A stretch of DNA of 64,000 nucleotides, taken from the NCBI GenBank assembly GCA_046294565.1, contig JBKBKS010000001.1, forward strand, positions 9,400 to 73,399, read 5' to 3'. This DNA comes from Fimbriimonadales bacterium (lineage in GTDB: Bacteria > Armatimonadota > Fimbriimonadia > Fimbriimonadales > GBS-DC). A program made the position numbers and the translations under genes. The notes below the pieces were generated by a model. That model did no database searches. It saw nothing but the letters and a program-made list of their open reading frames with translations, and had not been told where the DNA came from. Numbering within the stretch: the stretch's first letter is position 1; each line of letters opens with the position of its first letter. Positions 27,993 to 36,804 of the stretch are shown here, one piece after another.

Positions 27993-28493
27993 CTAAACCG
28001 CCTCTTCGCCCAAGATGTAAAATTGTCCCCGTGAGTAGGCGAGGGCGCGTGTATCGGGGTTGCCCACTGCGCGCAGCGGCTCGCCTACAACCAACATGTG
28101 GCTGCCATACACCCGCCGATCCAGCACGCGACACTCAAACTGCGCCGCTGCGCCCGCGATAAGTGGCGCGTCAATCCACTGCGCAGGCTCTACTGGGATA
28201 CTGAACGCCGCAATCTTATTGACCTCTCTGCCCGAATGCCGACCGCAAACCCGCCCAATCCACGCCTGATCCTCTGCTATCAAGCTGACCCCGAAAGTCG
28301 CTGCCCGCTCAATCAACCCGCGCGTGAACCGCTCCTCGCCCACGAACACGCCAATCAGCGGCGGTTTCAACGATACGGGAGCGCACCACTCCGCGCTCAT
28401 CGCGTTCACCACGCCCTCCACAGAAACCGTCACAATCGCCACCGAATTGATGAACCGCCACGCCTCGCGGTCAATCTGAGTCAGGGGTTGCAT
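27993..28493 (-). CDS. flavin reductase-like FMN-binding domain protein
   Basis: 166 aa. ...AIVTVSVEGVVNAMSAEWCAPVSLKPPLIGVFV... split-barrel flavin reductase pattern. -10 TACAAT at 28501-28506 lies 7 nt before the ATG. Confidence 0.7.
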   Translation of the reverse strand: MQPLTQIDREAWRFINSVAIVTVSVEGVVNAMSAEWCAPVSLKPPLIGVFVGEERFTRGLIERAATFGVSLIAEDQAWIGRVCGRHSGREVNKIAAFSIPVEPAQWIDAPLIAGAAAQFECRVLDRRVYGSHMLVVGEPLRAVGNPDTRALAYSRGQFYILGEEAV

Positions 28494-28565
28494 ACAACCG
28501 ATTGTACCTGAGTCTCCGTGTACGCCGATGACGCCTAACTCCGTCCGCTCGGTTATAATATTGCC

Positions 28566-29330
28566 ATGCGACTCTTAGCGGGATTGCTGTTGCTGTGCGT
28601 TGCGCTTGCCGCTTGTGGCAGGAAGGAGACCGTGCGCCCAGAGCAGGCGTTTTACGAGCAGGGCGTGCAAAAGCTGCAGACGCGCGATTACGACGGCGCG
28701 GCGCAGGCGTTCCAACAGTTCGTGGAGCAGTCGCCCAACCTCACAACCGCGCTCCAACAGGTCTATCGCGCCTATATGACACAGCCGAACCGCCCAGCGG
28801 CGCAGGCGTATGCGTTCCTCAAGCAGTACGAACCGCGCGCCGACGAGATCAAAGTCGCTGTTGACCGCGCAGGGTTCTATCAAGTGTTAGGCACTTTAGC
28901 ATACCTATCGGGCAACAGCGGCGAATATGCTCAGTGGTTCGAGAAGGCGCTGGCACTCGATCCGCAGAATCACCTCGCGATGAATGACTACGCCTACGCT
29001 TTGGCGGGGGATGGACGCGCGTTGGAGAAGGCGTTGCGTCTGATTCGCCGCGCGATTGCCATCAAATCGGATGTGGGCGCGTACCACGACACTCACGGCT
29101 GGGTGCTTTACAAGATGGGTCGGTACGAGGAAGCCCTGCGCGAGTTGCGGATTGCCGTGCAGACCGCGCCCGACACTGCCGACCTGCGCTATCACCTTGC
29201 TGCGGTGCACGCCAAGTTGGGTCAGCGCGACGATGCGCTGGTGGAACTGGAGAAAGCGCTGGCGTTGCAACCGGGGCATGAACCCGCGCTTCAGTTGCGC
29301 AAGCAGCTCACAGGAGGCGCGAGACCGTGA
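28566..29330 (+). CDS. TPR-repeat lipoprotein
   Basis: Lipobox LALAAC at the N-terminus and several TPR-like repeats (AxxxYxxAL...P). -10 TATAAT at 28554-28559 lies 6 nt before the ATG. Confidence 0.75.
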   Translation: MRLLAGLLLLCVALAACGRKETVRPEQAFYEQGVQKLQTRDYDGAAQAFQQFVEQSPNLTTALQQVYRAYMTQPNRPAAQAYAFLKQYEPRADEIKVAVDRAGFYQVLGTLAYLSGNSGEYAQWFEKALALDPQNHLAMNDYAYALAGDGRALEKALRLIRRAIAIKSDVGAYHDTHGWVLYKMGRYEEALRELRIAVQTAPDTADLRYHLAAVHAKLGQRDDALVELEKALALQPGHEPALQLRKQLTGGARP

Positions 29331-31210
29331 GGCGCGTGGGGGCTTGGCTGAGCGCGCTGCTGGGGGGATGGCTGATTGCATCGGCTGCCGAGCTGAACCT
29401 ACCCGCCGTCGCGCTCGCAGGGGCGCCCTTCACGATTTCGGGGAAGGATTTTCCCCCGAACCTCCCGCTCACCCTGCACTTCACGAACGCGCAGGGTGCA
29501 ACCGTACTCACGCTCAACTTTCAGACCGACGCGCAGGGCACGTTCGAGCAGGCGGCGCGCCTCGGTCAGACAGGCTATCTCCAATATCGCTGGCAGGCAG
29601 GCGAGCAGACGGGCGAGGGGCGCGTGCGCGTCGTTCCTGCGTGGTGGAGCGTGTTGCCGCCGCTCTTGGCAATCGGGCTGGCGTTGCTGCTGCGCCAAGT
29701 GGTGCTGGCGTTGTTGGGCGGCGTGTGGCTGGGCGCATGGCTGATTGCTGGCGGCGAGCCGTTCACGCCGCTCCTGCGCGTGGTCGATACCTACCTGCTC
29801 GACGCCTACGCCGACCGCGACCACCTGCAAATTATCGGGTTCACAATGCTATTGGGCGGTATGCTGGGCGTGATTACACGCGCAGGCGGACTGAAAGCGA
29901 TTGTGCGCACGCTCAGCCAGCATGTGCGCTCCGACCGCAGCGTGCAACTCAGCGCGTACCTGATGGGGCTGTTCATCTTCATCGATGACTACGCCAACAC
30001 GCTGTTCGTGGGCGCAACGATGCGCCCCTTAGCCGACAAGTTCCGCGTCTCGCGCGAGAAGTTGGCGTATCTCATCGACTCCACCGCCGCGCCTGTGGCG
30101 AACCTCGCGCTGATTGGCACTTGGATTGGCTTCGAGGTCTCACTGATTGCCGACAGTTTCGAGGCGACAGGCGTCCGTTTGGAGCCGTATTGGGCGTTTT
30201 TGATGAGCCTGCCCTATCGGTTCTACCCCATCTTCGCGTTGGCGTTCATCGCGTGGCTGCTGATATGGCGGCGCGACTTTGGGGCGATGTACCGCGCAGA
30301 GCGACGCGCGCGCGCGACGGGCAAGGTTCTCGCCGACGGCGCCTCGCCGTTAGCTAACTACGAATCGGCGGAGCTGCTACCGCCCGACCACCTGCGCGGG
30401 AGCCTGTGGAGCGCGCTGCTGCCGATACTGGTAGCGCTTGGTGGAGCGATTGGCGGGCTGTTCTACACAGGCTACTATGGCGCGTTAGATGCAGGCGAGC
30501 CAACCACACTCCGCGCAGTGCTGTCGAACGCCAACTCTTATATCAGTCTCACTTGGGGCGCGCTGTTGGGCTGTGTGGCGGCGTTTCTGTGTGCTGTCCC
30601 GACGCGGGCGTTGCCACTGCGCGAGGCGTTCGATGCGTGGCTCGGCGGCGTGCGTGCAATGGTGCTGGCGGTGGTGATTCTCGGCTTAGCATGGAGTATC
30701 GGCAGCGTGTGCGAGTCGTTGCACACAGCGCAGTATCTGGTGCAGGCGTTGCAGGGCAATCTCAGCCCGGCATGGCTGCCCGCGCTTACCACACTCACCG
30801 CCGCCGCCGTCAGCTTCGCGATTGGCAGTTCGTGGGGCACGATGAGTATCTTGATGCCGTTGGCTATCCCGCTCGCGTACAACCTCACGATAGGCATGGA
30901 CGCGCCGACGCAGCAGTTCTATCTCATCGCGACGCTCTCGTCGGTGCTGGCAGGCGCCACCTTCGGCGACCACTGCTCGCCTATCTCGGACACGACGGTA
31001 CTATCGTCGATTTTCGCTGGCTCGGATCATATCGACCATGTGCGCACGCAGTTGCCCTATGCGCTGACGGTGGGCGCGGTCGCGTGGCTTGTGGGCGATG
31101 TGGCGACAGGGTTCGGGTTGCCTGTGTGGGCGGCGTTGCTGTTGGGCGTCGCGCTACTGGGCGTGCTGGTGCGCATCGTCGGCAAACCGACGCCCCAACA
31201 CTGCGAGTGA
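29327..31210 (+). CDS. NhaC-family Na+/H+ antiporter-like transporter with N-terminal extracytoplasmic domain
   Basis: 627 aa. About 100-aa N-terminal soluble domain followed by about 11-12 TM segments. FIDDYANTLFVGATMRP and the ...GDHCSPISDTTVLSS motif are typical of the NhaC family. Confidence 0.72.
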   Translation: MRRVGAWLSALLGGWLIASAAELNLPAVALAGAPFTISGKDFPPNLPLTLHFTNAQGATVLTLNFQTDAQGTFEQAARLGQTGYLQYRWQAGEQTGEGRVRVVPAWWSVLPPLLAIGLALLLRQVVLALLGGVWLGAWLIAGGEPFTPLLRVVDTYLLDAYADRDHLQIIGFTMLLGGMLGVITRAGGLKAIVRTLSQHVRSDRSVQLSAYLMGLFIFIDDYANTLFVGATMRPLADKFRVSREKLAYLIDSTAAPVANLALIGTWIGFEVSLIADSFEATGVRLEPYWAFLMSLPYRFYPIFALAFIAWLLIWRRDFGAMYRAERRARATGKVLADGASPLANYESAELLPPDHLRGSLWSALLPILVALGGAIGGLFYTGYYGALDAGEPTTLRAVLSNANSYISLTWGALLGCVAAFLCAVPTRALPLREAFDAWLGGVRAMVLAVVILGLAWSIGSVCESLHTAQYLVQALQGNLSPAWLPALTTLTAAAVSFAIGSSWGTMSILMPLAIPLAYNLTIGMDAPTQQFYLIATLSSVLAGATFGDHCSPISDTTVLSSIFAGSDHIDHVRTQLPYALTVGAVAWLVGDVATGFGLPVWAALLLGVALLGVLVRIVGKPTPQHCE

Positions 31211-31214
31211 AACG

Positions 31215-31898
31215 CTACTCGGTGCGGATATCGCGCAGCCACTTCACATGCCCATCCAGAAACAGTCGGTTGCGCCCGCCGCGATGCACGGCGCGCCCGC
31301 GCAGGGCAGGCTCCACCGTGCCTATCGTGCGTGGGAAGTACGGGTCTACGACGAGTTCCACATCCGCCAGACCGTCGGGGCGCGCGTAAAACGGGCTGGG
31401 GTTCGCCTGCAAGTCCGCCACCGCCTGCTCAGGCGTCTTGCCCCAGAAGTTGTCGGGCGGAATGGGGTCTTGCACGCGGTCGAACCGCCACATCCAGTAG
31501 CGCGTGGCTTTATCGGGGGCGACCTCCTGCTTCACTTGCACAACCTCGCCCATCAGACTGCCCGCCACGCTGGGGCAGCTCCAGATGTTCCAGTTGCGCG
31601 TGTACGGCTCCAGCACGATGCCTGCCCAGCCGCAGCGCGGATCGGAGGGCGGCCAACTGCTCCACGGGCGATAGCCCAACTGCTGTTTCAAGTCGCGGCG
31701 GTCGGGCATCCGCTCATCGTAATCCTGCAGGTACATCCAGAACGCCTGCCCAATTTGGCGCAGGTTTTGGGTACAGCAGGTCTGCCGCGCGCTCTCACGC
31801 GCCTGCGCAAACACAGGAAACAAAAGCGCCGCTAAAATCGCGATAATCGCAATCACCACCAGCAGCTCTATCAGCGTGAACCCCCAACGCGCTCGCAT
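31215..31898 (-). CDS. prepilin-type N-terminal cleavage/methylation domain protein, DUF1559/H-X9-DG-like
   Basis: [38 protein letters not shown]... and [10 protein letters not shown]. Confidence 0.85.
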   Translation of the reverse strand: MRARWGFTLIELLVVIAIIAILAALLFPVFAQARESARQTCCTQNLRQIGQAFWMYLQDYDERMPDRRDLKQQLGYRPWSSWPPSDPRCGWAGIVLEPYTRNWNIWSCPSVAGSLMGEVVQVKQEVAPDKATRYWMWRFDRVQDPIPPDNFWGKTPEQAVADLQANPSPFYARPDGLADVELVVDPYFPRTIGTVEPALRGRAVHRGGRNRLFLDGHVKWLRDIRTE

Positions 31899-31905
31899 AG
31901 AGGGA

Positions 31906-31913
31906 ATTATACT
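31906..31913. promoter_or_regulatory. back-to-back -10 elements for the pilin-like gene (minus) and MNT-HEPN (plus)
   Basis: Minus-strand TATAAT (31906-31911) lies 7 nt before ATG 31898. Plus-strand TATACT (31908-31913) lies about 35 nt before ATG 31948. Confidence 0.5.
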
Positions 31914-31947
31914 TTATATGGGGTATCCTTGTATAAGGGGAAGTAAG

Positions 31948-32259
31948 ATGGAACTGCTGCAACGAGTGCGCAAGGCAATCGAGTCGGTGGTGGGTGGGGA
32001 GCCGATGGAGCTCTACCTGTACGGCTCCCGCGCACGCGGCGACGCCACACCCGAATCGGACTGGGATTTCCTGCTCATCCTGCCCGATGAACTTGCTCAA
32101 ACGCTTAGGCGTGCTATTCAAGAAGCCCTCTATGAGATCGAGCTAAGCGCAGATGAGGTATTCAGCTGTATCGTGATGAGACGCTCGGATTGGGATTTTA
32201 TCAAGTTGGCGGGAACGCCTTTCGCTGTGAATGTGCAACAGGAGGGGATTCTGCTATGA
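31948..32259 (+). CDS. nucleotidyltransferase (MNT-type) antitoxin-like protein
   Basis: LYLYGSRARGDATPESDWDFLLIL is the GS-x(n)-DxD minimal nucleotidyltransferase motif. Its stop overlaps the HEPN start (ATGA). Confidence 0.85.
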   Translation: MELLQRVRKAIESVVGGEPMELYLYGSRARGDATPESDWDFLLILPDELAQTLRRAIQEALYEIELSADEVFSCIVMRRSDWDFIKLAGTPFAVNVQQEGILL

Positions 32260-32669
32260 CTCCTGAGGAAACAAAGCAAACTTACATCGCATATCGGTTG
32301 AAGCGGGCTTCTGAGTCGCTACAATCCGCGCGGATTTTGGTGGATGCGGGGATGTATTACGAAGCAATCAGCCGCATGTATTATGCCTGCTTCTATGCGG
32401 TTAACGCACTTTTGTATCAGCATGACATGGGCGCGAAGAGACATAGCGGCGTTCAATCGCTTTTCAACAAGCACTTTGTACGAACCCAAAAAGTTTCGCG
32501 GGAACTTGCAAATCTTTATAACGACTTATTCGACCTACGCTTGATGAGCGACTACCAGGATCTCTACCACCCAGACCCTCAAGAGATTATGCAGATGCTT
32601 CCACAAGTGGAAGCGTTTATTGAGACGATTCAGCGTTTGGTGGAGTCAGGGTCGGGGGAAGGGTCATAG
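32256..32669 (+). CDS. HEPN domain protein (toxin-like partner of MNT)
   Basis: 137 aa. ...YYEAISRMYYACFYAVNALL...LRLMSDYQD HEPN (PF05168-like) pattern. Visibly lower GC than the flanks. Confidence 0.8.
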   Translation: MTPEETKQTYIAYRLKRASESLQSARILVDAGMYYEAISRMYYACFYAVNALLYQHDMGAKRHSGVQSLFNKHFVRTQKVSRELANLYNDLFDLRLMSDYQDLYHPDPQEIMQMLPQVEAFIETIQRLVESGSGEGS

Positions 32670-33773
32670 GCACACGCTTGCGCCGCCGACCGCCTCGCAT
32701 GCCCAGAAGCGCGGCTCATAGGCGGCGCGTTGACGATAGAGCTGCTGCGCGGTGTGCAGGAACGGCTCCAGCGACGCTTTTTCCACCAGCGCGACACACG
32801 CGCCGCCGAAGCCCGCGCCCGTCATCCGTGCGCCAATCGCTCCAGCGTGCATGCACGCCTCCACCATCGCGTCCAGCTCGGCGCAGCTGACGGCGTAGTC
32901 GTCGCGCAGGGAGGCGTGCGAGGCGAGCATCAGATAGCGCACGCGCTCGGCGTCGGCGCAACGGAGCGCCGTTAGGAACTCCAGCACGCGGGCGTTCTCG
33001 CCAATCACATGGCGCGCGCGGCAGCGAGCAGGCTCCTGCACTAACGGCAGGTAGAGCGCGGCTTGCTCCGAGCTGACATCGCGCAGGGCAGCGACCGCCT
33101 CGCCTAACAGCGTGCGCAGCACGCCAACCGCCTCCTCGCACTGGGCGCGGCGCAGGTTGTATTCCGACTCGGCGAGGGCGCGCGGCTTGCCCGTATCCGC
33201 CACCACAATCGCCCAGTCGGGAGGCAGGCGAACGCGCTGCACAAACAGCGTGCGCGTGTCCAGAAACAGCGCGCTCCCCGCCTCGCAGAGCAGGCTCGCG
33301 GCTTGATCCATCAGCCCGCACTGCACCCCTGCGTACACCTGCTCGGCTCGCTGGCACAGCTGCGCCAGCGTGAATGGGTCGAGGCGCAGGTCGTCCAGCG
33401 TGTTCCACAGGGCGGCGAACGCCGCCTCCAGCGCGGCGGAGGAGCTCAGCCCAGCGCCCAGCGGCAAGTTGCTACAGATGGTCGCCTCAACGCCTGTGAG
33501 CGTGCGTCCCGTATGTCGCTGCAACACCCACGCCACGCCCGCCACATAGCGCACAAAACCCGACGGCAGCTGCGACGGATCGGGAATCGCACTTAGGTCG
33601 AACGCCGCCTGCTCGTCCAGCGTATCCGAGTAGAGGATGCATTTCGTGTCCGCGCGCGGTTGGGCATACACGCGCGTCTCCAAGCTGATTGCGACGGGCA
33701 GCACATAGCCGTCGTTGTAGTCGGTGTGTTCGCCAATCAGGTTCACGCGCCCTGGCGCACGCACGCAGAGCAT
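32664..33773 (-). CDS. galK: galactokinase
   Basis: APGRVNLIGEHTDYNDGYVLPVAI, LPLGAGLSSSAALE, GARMTGAGFGG. Confidence 0.93.
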   Translation of the reverse strand: MLCVRAPGRVNLIGEHTDYNDGYVLPVAISLETRVYAQPRADTKCILYSDTLDEQAAFDLSAIPDPSQLPSGFVRYVAGVAWVLQRHTGRTLTGVEATICSNLPLGAGLSSSAALEAAFAALWNTLDDLRLDPFTLAQLCQRAEQVYAGVQCGLMDQAASLLCEAGSALFLDTRTLFVQRVRLPPDWAIVVADTGKPRALAESEYNLRRAQCEEAVGVLRTLLGEAVAALRDVSSEQAALYLPLVQEPARCRARHVIGENARVLEFLTALRCADAERVRYLMLASHASLRDDYAVSCAELDAMVEACMHAGAIGARMTGAGFGGACVALVEKASLEPFLHTAQQLYRQRAAYEPRFWACEAVGGASVCL

Positions 33774-33777
33774 GAAT

Positions 33778-34185
33778 TTAGTCCTCCCAGAGTGGCTTGC
33801 GCCCGCGAAAGCCCGCGTCGAGTTCGTGGTAATACTGCACGCGCTCTTCGCCCAGTCGCCAGCAGAGCATCACCTCGCGCCCCTCGCGTAGGTGGGGGAA
33901 GTCCACGATGCCCTCGTCGATGTCCTTGAGGTAGATGCCCATCTTGTGCAGCTCATCGACGGCTTTGTGGATTTCGCGTGCGACGCTCGACTCGTCCCAT
34001 TCGGGGTGCTTGCCATTGGTGCGCTCTCGCATAAGCAGTTCCATCTCCTTTTCGCCGTACTCTTCGCGCAGGCGTTGCAACATCGCCTGTAGCCGTAGGA
34101 GTTTGACGCGCAGTTCGGGCAACAGCGCGTTCGCCTCACTGACTGTGAAATATCGCTGGAAGGGCTTTCGACGACGCTTGCGCAT
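33778..34185 (-). CDS. DUF2203-like protein
   Basis: 135 aa. FTVSEANALLPEL... coiled coil ...GIYLKDIDEGIVDFP...LCWRLGE. -10 TATAAT at 34195-34200 lies 9 nt before the ATG. Confidence 0.55.
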   Translation of the reverse strand: MRKRRRKPFQRYFTVSEANALLPELRVKLLRLQAMLQRLREEYGEKEMELLMRERTNGKHPEWDESSVAREIHKAVDELHKMGIYLKDIDEGIVDFPHLREGREVMLCWRLGEERVQYYHELDAGFRGRKPLWED

Positions 34186-34294
34186 AGCGCGGGGATTATA
34201 CCTGTTGAACGGGGCGTAGTGTTGGCGTCCCTGCCGACGCTACAACCTATGCAGGAGGAGGCTTGCCCTGTGCGTCGAATCGAGCAGGCGAGTA

Positions 34295-34792
34295 GTGGAG
34301 ATGATTATCTTAGGCGTGGATCCAGGCACGGCGACGATGGGCTACAGCGTGTTGGAGTCGGTGAGCAACCGCTATCGCGCGCTGACGCACGGCGTGTTGG
34401 AGACGCCTAAGACGACGCCGCCGCACGAACGGCTGCTGCGCCTCTATCGCGGGCTGCACGAGTTGGTGGAGACCTATCAGCCCGACGCGCTGGCGACCGA
34501 GCAGTTGCTGTTCAGCACGAACCGCCGCACGGCGATTCAGGTGGCGCGCGCGGCAGGCATCGCGCTGCTGGTCGCGGCGGAGGCAGGCATCGAGTGGCGC
34601 GAGTATACCCCCCTACAGGTGAAGCAAGCCGTAACAGGCTACGGCGGCGCGGACAAGACCCAGGTGCAGGCGATGGTGCAGCGACTCCTGCACTTGCCGA
34701 CGCCGCCCAAGCCCGACGACGCCGCCGACGCGCTCGCCGTCGCTATCTGCCACGCGCACCACACTGGTATACTCCAAGCGATACGGCGATGA
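34295..34792 (+). CDS. ruvC: crossover junction endodeoxyribonuclease RuvC
   Basis: IILGVDPGTATMGYSVLE..., ATEQLLF, DAADALAVAICHA. Confidence 0.93.
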   Translation: MEMIILGVDPGTATMGYSVLESVSNRYRALTHGVLETPKTTPPHERLLRLYRGLHELVETYQPDALATEQLLFSTNRRTAIQVARAAGIALLVAAEAGIEWREYTPLQVKQAVTGYGGADKTQVQAMVQRLLHLPTPPKPDDAADALAVAICHAHHTGILQAIRR

Positions 34793-34986
34793 ATGTCCCG
34801 TTCGTACTGGCGTGCTTGGCGATTATCGCGCTGCTGGTCTACTCGGCAGTTCGGCTGAACCACCGAATTAATCAGCGCATCCGCGAGCTGGACGAAGAGC
34901 GCGAGCGCAACCCGTTAGACCCCTTCTCCGCGCTGATGGAGTTATATCGCTTACAGGAGGAGCGTAAGCGTGGCGACGGTCGGTAG
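34789..34986 (+). CDS. small single-TM membrane protein
   Basis: 65 aa, MNVPFVLACLAIIALLVYSAV.... Its ATG overlaps the ruvC stop (ATGA). Confidence 0.5.
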   Translation: MNVPFVLACLAIIALLVYSAVRLNHRINQRIRELDEERERNPLDPFSALMELYRLQEERKRGDGR

Positions 34987-35449
34987 TCAGCGCGCGCGAC
35001 TTTGGGTGTGGCTGCGCGTTGGTTTCGGGCTTGCCGTGCGCACGCTGGGCGCAGGGCTAATCTTGTGGGCGGTGTTCCCGCTGTGGCTGAGCATGTTCTG
35101 GACGCTGTTGGGCTACCCGCCGACGCTGCGCGACCTGTCGCGCTGGTACGCGCTGGGCGCGTTCAACCTCGCGCCAATCGCCGCCATTCTCTTGGTCAGC
35201 CCGCTGGTTTTGGGGCTACTGGCGTGGCTGGCGCGTCGGGTTGAGCGGCGCGTCGTGGTCGGGGTCGGCGTCGGGCTTTACGCGCTGCTGACGCCGTCTG
35301 TCGCTTACGCCTTGCTCTTGCTCTACGCCGATATGTGGCAGTATCGCGCGTGGGACGCCATCGCGCCCCCTCTGATACGCGCGTATGGAATGCTCGCGCC
35401 CGCGTGTGGATTGGTCGGGGCAGTTCTGGGGGTCTCGATGCAACGCTGA
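34970..35449 (+). CDS. hypothetical polytopic membrane protein
   Basis: 159 aa with 4 predicted hydrophobic segments. No recognisable motif. Confidence 0.5.
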   Translation: MATVGSQRARLWVWLRVGFGLAVRTLGAGLILWAVFPLWLSMFWTLLGYPPTLRDLSRWYALGAFNLAPIAAILLVSPLVLGLLAWLARRVERRVVVGVGVGLYALLTPSVAYALLLLYADMWQYRAWDAIAPPLIRAYGMLAPACGLVGAVLGVSMQR

Positions 35450-35524
35450 TGGAGCGGGAGACGGGATTCGAACCCGCGACCCTCGGCATGGGAGGCCGAT
35501 GCTCTACCCCTGAGCTACTCCCGC
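35450..35524 (-). tRNA. tRNA-Gly (anticodon CCC), CCA encoded
   Basis: Reverse complement is GCGGGAGTAGCTCAGGGGTAGAGCATCGGCCTCCCATGCCGAGGGTCGCGGGTTCGAATCCCGTCTCCCGCTCCA. Acceptor GCGGGAG/CTCCCGC, anticodon loop CTCCCAT. Confidence 0.92.
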
Positions 35525-35533
35525 ACGCTGTCG

Positions 35534-35563
35534 ATTATACCCCAACACCGTTTCCGGATGCAA
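35534..35563 (-). promoter_or_regulatory. promoter of tRNA-Gly
   Basis: Minus strand has -35 TTGCAT (35563-35558), an 18-nt spacer and GGGG-TATAAT (-10 at 35539-35534), 9 nt before the tRNA 5' end. Lies in the last codons of flhF. Confidence 0.65.
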
Positions 35564-36710
35564 CACTGGGCGCGAGTTCGCTGATGACTCTGTGCGCCAG
35601 CATTTGCGCGTCCGCGTGGCAGATGTCTTCGGGCACGCGCTGCCCTGTCGTGAAGTACGCCAACGGCAGCCCCGCCTCGAACGCCAAGTTAATACAGTTG
35701 CCCACGCGCGCCGCTTCATCGAGCTTGGTAAGGATAATCGCGCTCGGCTCGAACCGTCGGAACCGTTGCGCGGCGTCGATAAGCGTTGCCGTGTCGGCAG
35801 TCGCGCTCAGCGTGAGGTAGACCGTACCCCGCACCGACTGCAGCGATTGTTGCATCTCCTGTAGGTGCGCCTCGTCGCGCTGCCCGCGTCCTACGGTGTC
35901 GATTAGCACTAAGTCATAGCCGGCAAACAGTTCTAACCCATCCTGCACCTCGTCGGCAGTGGCGGCGATATGGAGGGGTAGCTTCATTAGCTCGGCGTAG
36001 GTGCGCAGCTGCTGAATCGCGCCGATGCGATAGGTGTCCAGCGACAGCAGCGCGACCTTGCGGTTGTAATCCAGCGCGTGGATGGCGGCAAGCTTCGCAA
36101 TCGTGGTGGTCTTGCCGACGCCTGTGGGTCCCACCAGCACAGCGACTTGGCGGGCGCGACTCTCGCGGGGGAGCATGCCGCCGATGGGGATTTTGGCGAT
36201 GAGTGTGCGTCGGAGCGTGTCGACGGCGGCGTTGTGTGGAATGCGCGGCGCGCGACGCAGCAACTCCTGCGCCGCCTCCAGCGTTATGCCCGCCTGCAGC
36301 AACGGGCGCAGGAGCGGATGTTCATCTATCGTCGCCGCGATGAGGGGACGCTCCGCAGTGAGGTTTGCCTGAGTTGGCGACGCCTCGCCCTGCATCACAT
36401 AGGCGTGCATCGTCTGCACCAGCGCACGTATCTCTTGTACCTCGCGCTCCAGTTTGCGCAGGCGCGCCTGGTTGGGGTCATACTCCTCGATGCCTTTCGG
36501 CTCGACTTTGGGGGCGGGTCGGGGCGTCGGTTTGGCGTCCGATTCTGCCTCGCGGATGCCCACCACAATCTCCACCATCGGCTTCTTGCCCAGCCACCTG
36601 CCTTTCCGAACCGTGCGCTCGCTAAGAATCACAGCGTCCGCGCCATGCTCTTCACGTATCTTCAGCAGCGCTTCCAACTTCGTCGGCGCAATATAGGTCT
36701 TCGTCTGCAT
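35535..36710 (-). CDS. flhF: flagellar-type SRP GTPase FlhF
   Basis: N-terminus MQTKTYIAPTKLEALLKIREEHGADAVILSER is FlhF-like. G1 [28 protein letters not shown] 36710 is preferred over the ORF-track start 36803. Confidence 0.82.
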   Translation of the reverse strand: MQTKTYIAPTKLEALLKIREEHGADAVILSERTVRKGRWLGKKPMVEIVVGIREAESDAKPTPRPAPKVEPKGIEEYDPNQARLRKLEREVQEIRALVQTMHAYVMQGEASPTQANLTAERPLIAATIDEHPLLRPLLQAGITLEAAQELLRRAPRIPHNAAVDTLRRTLIAKIPIGGMLPRESRARQVAVLVGPTGVGKTTTIAKLAAIHALDYNRKVALLSLDTYRIGAIQQLRTYAELMKLPLHIAATADEVQDGLELFAGYDLVLIDTVGRGQRDEAHLQEMQQSLQSVRGTVYLTLSATADTATLIDAAQRFRRFEPSAIILTKLDEAARVGNCINLAFEAGLPLAYFTTGQRVPEDICHADAQMLAHRVISELAPSVASGNGVGV

Positions 36711-36804
36711 AGCACTTCCCCAAAAGATTATCGGCAACTCGCGCCGACTTTTGGAGGGATAGCGCAGTGCGCCCGTCGAGCAGGTACACTTAACGAGGTT
36801 CAAG

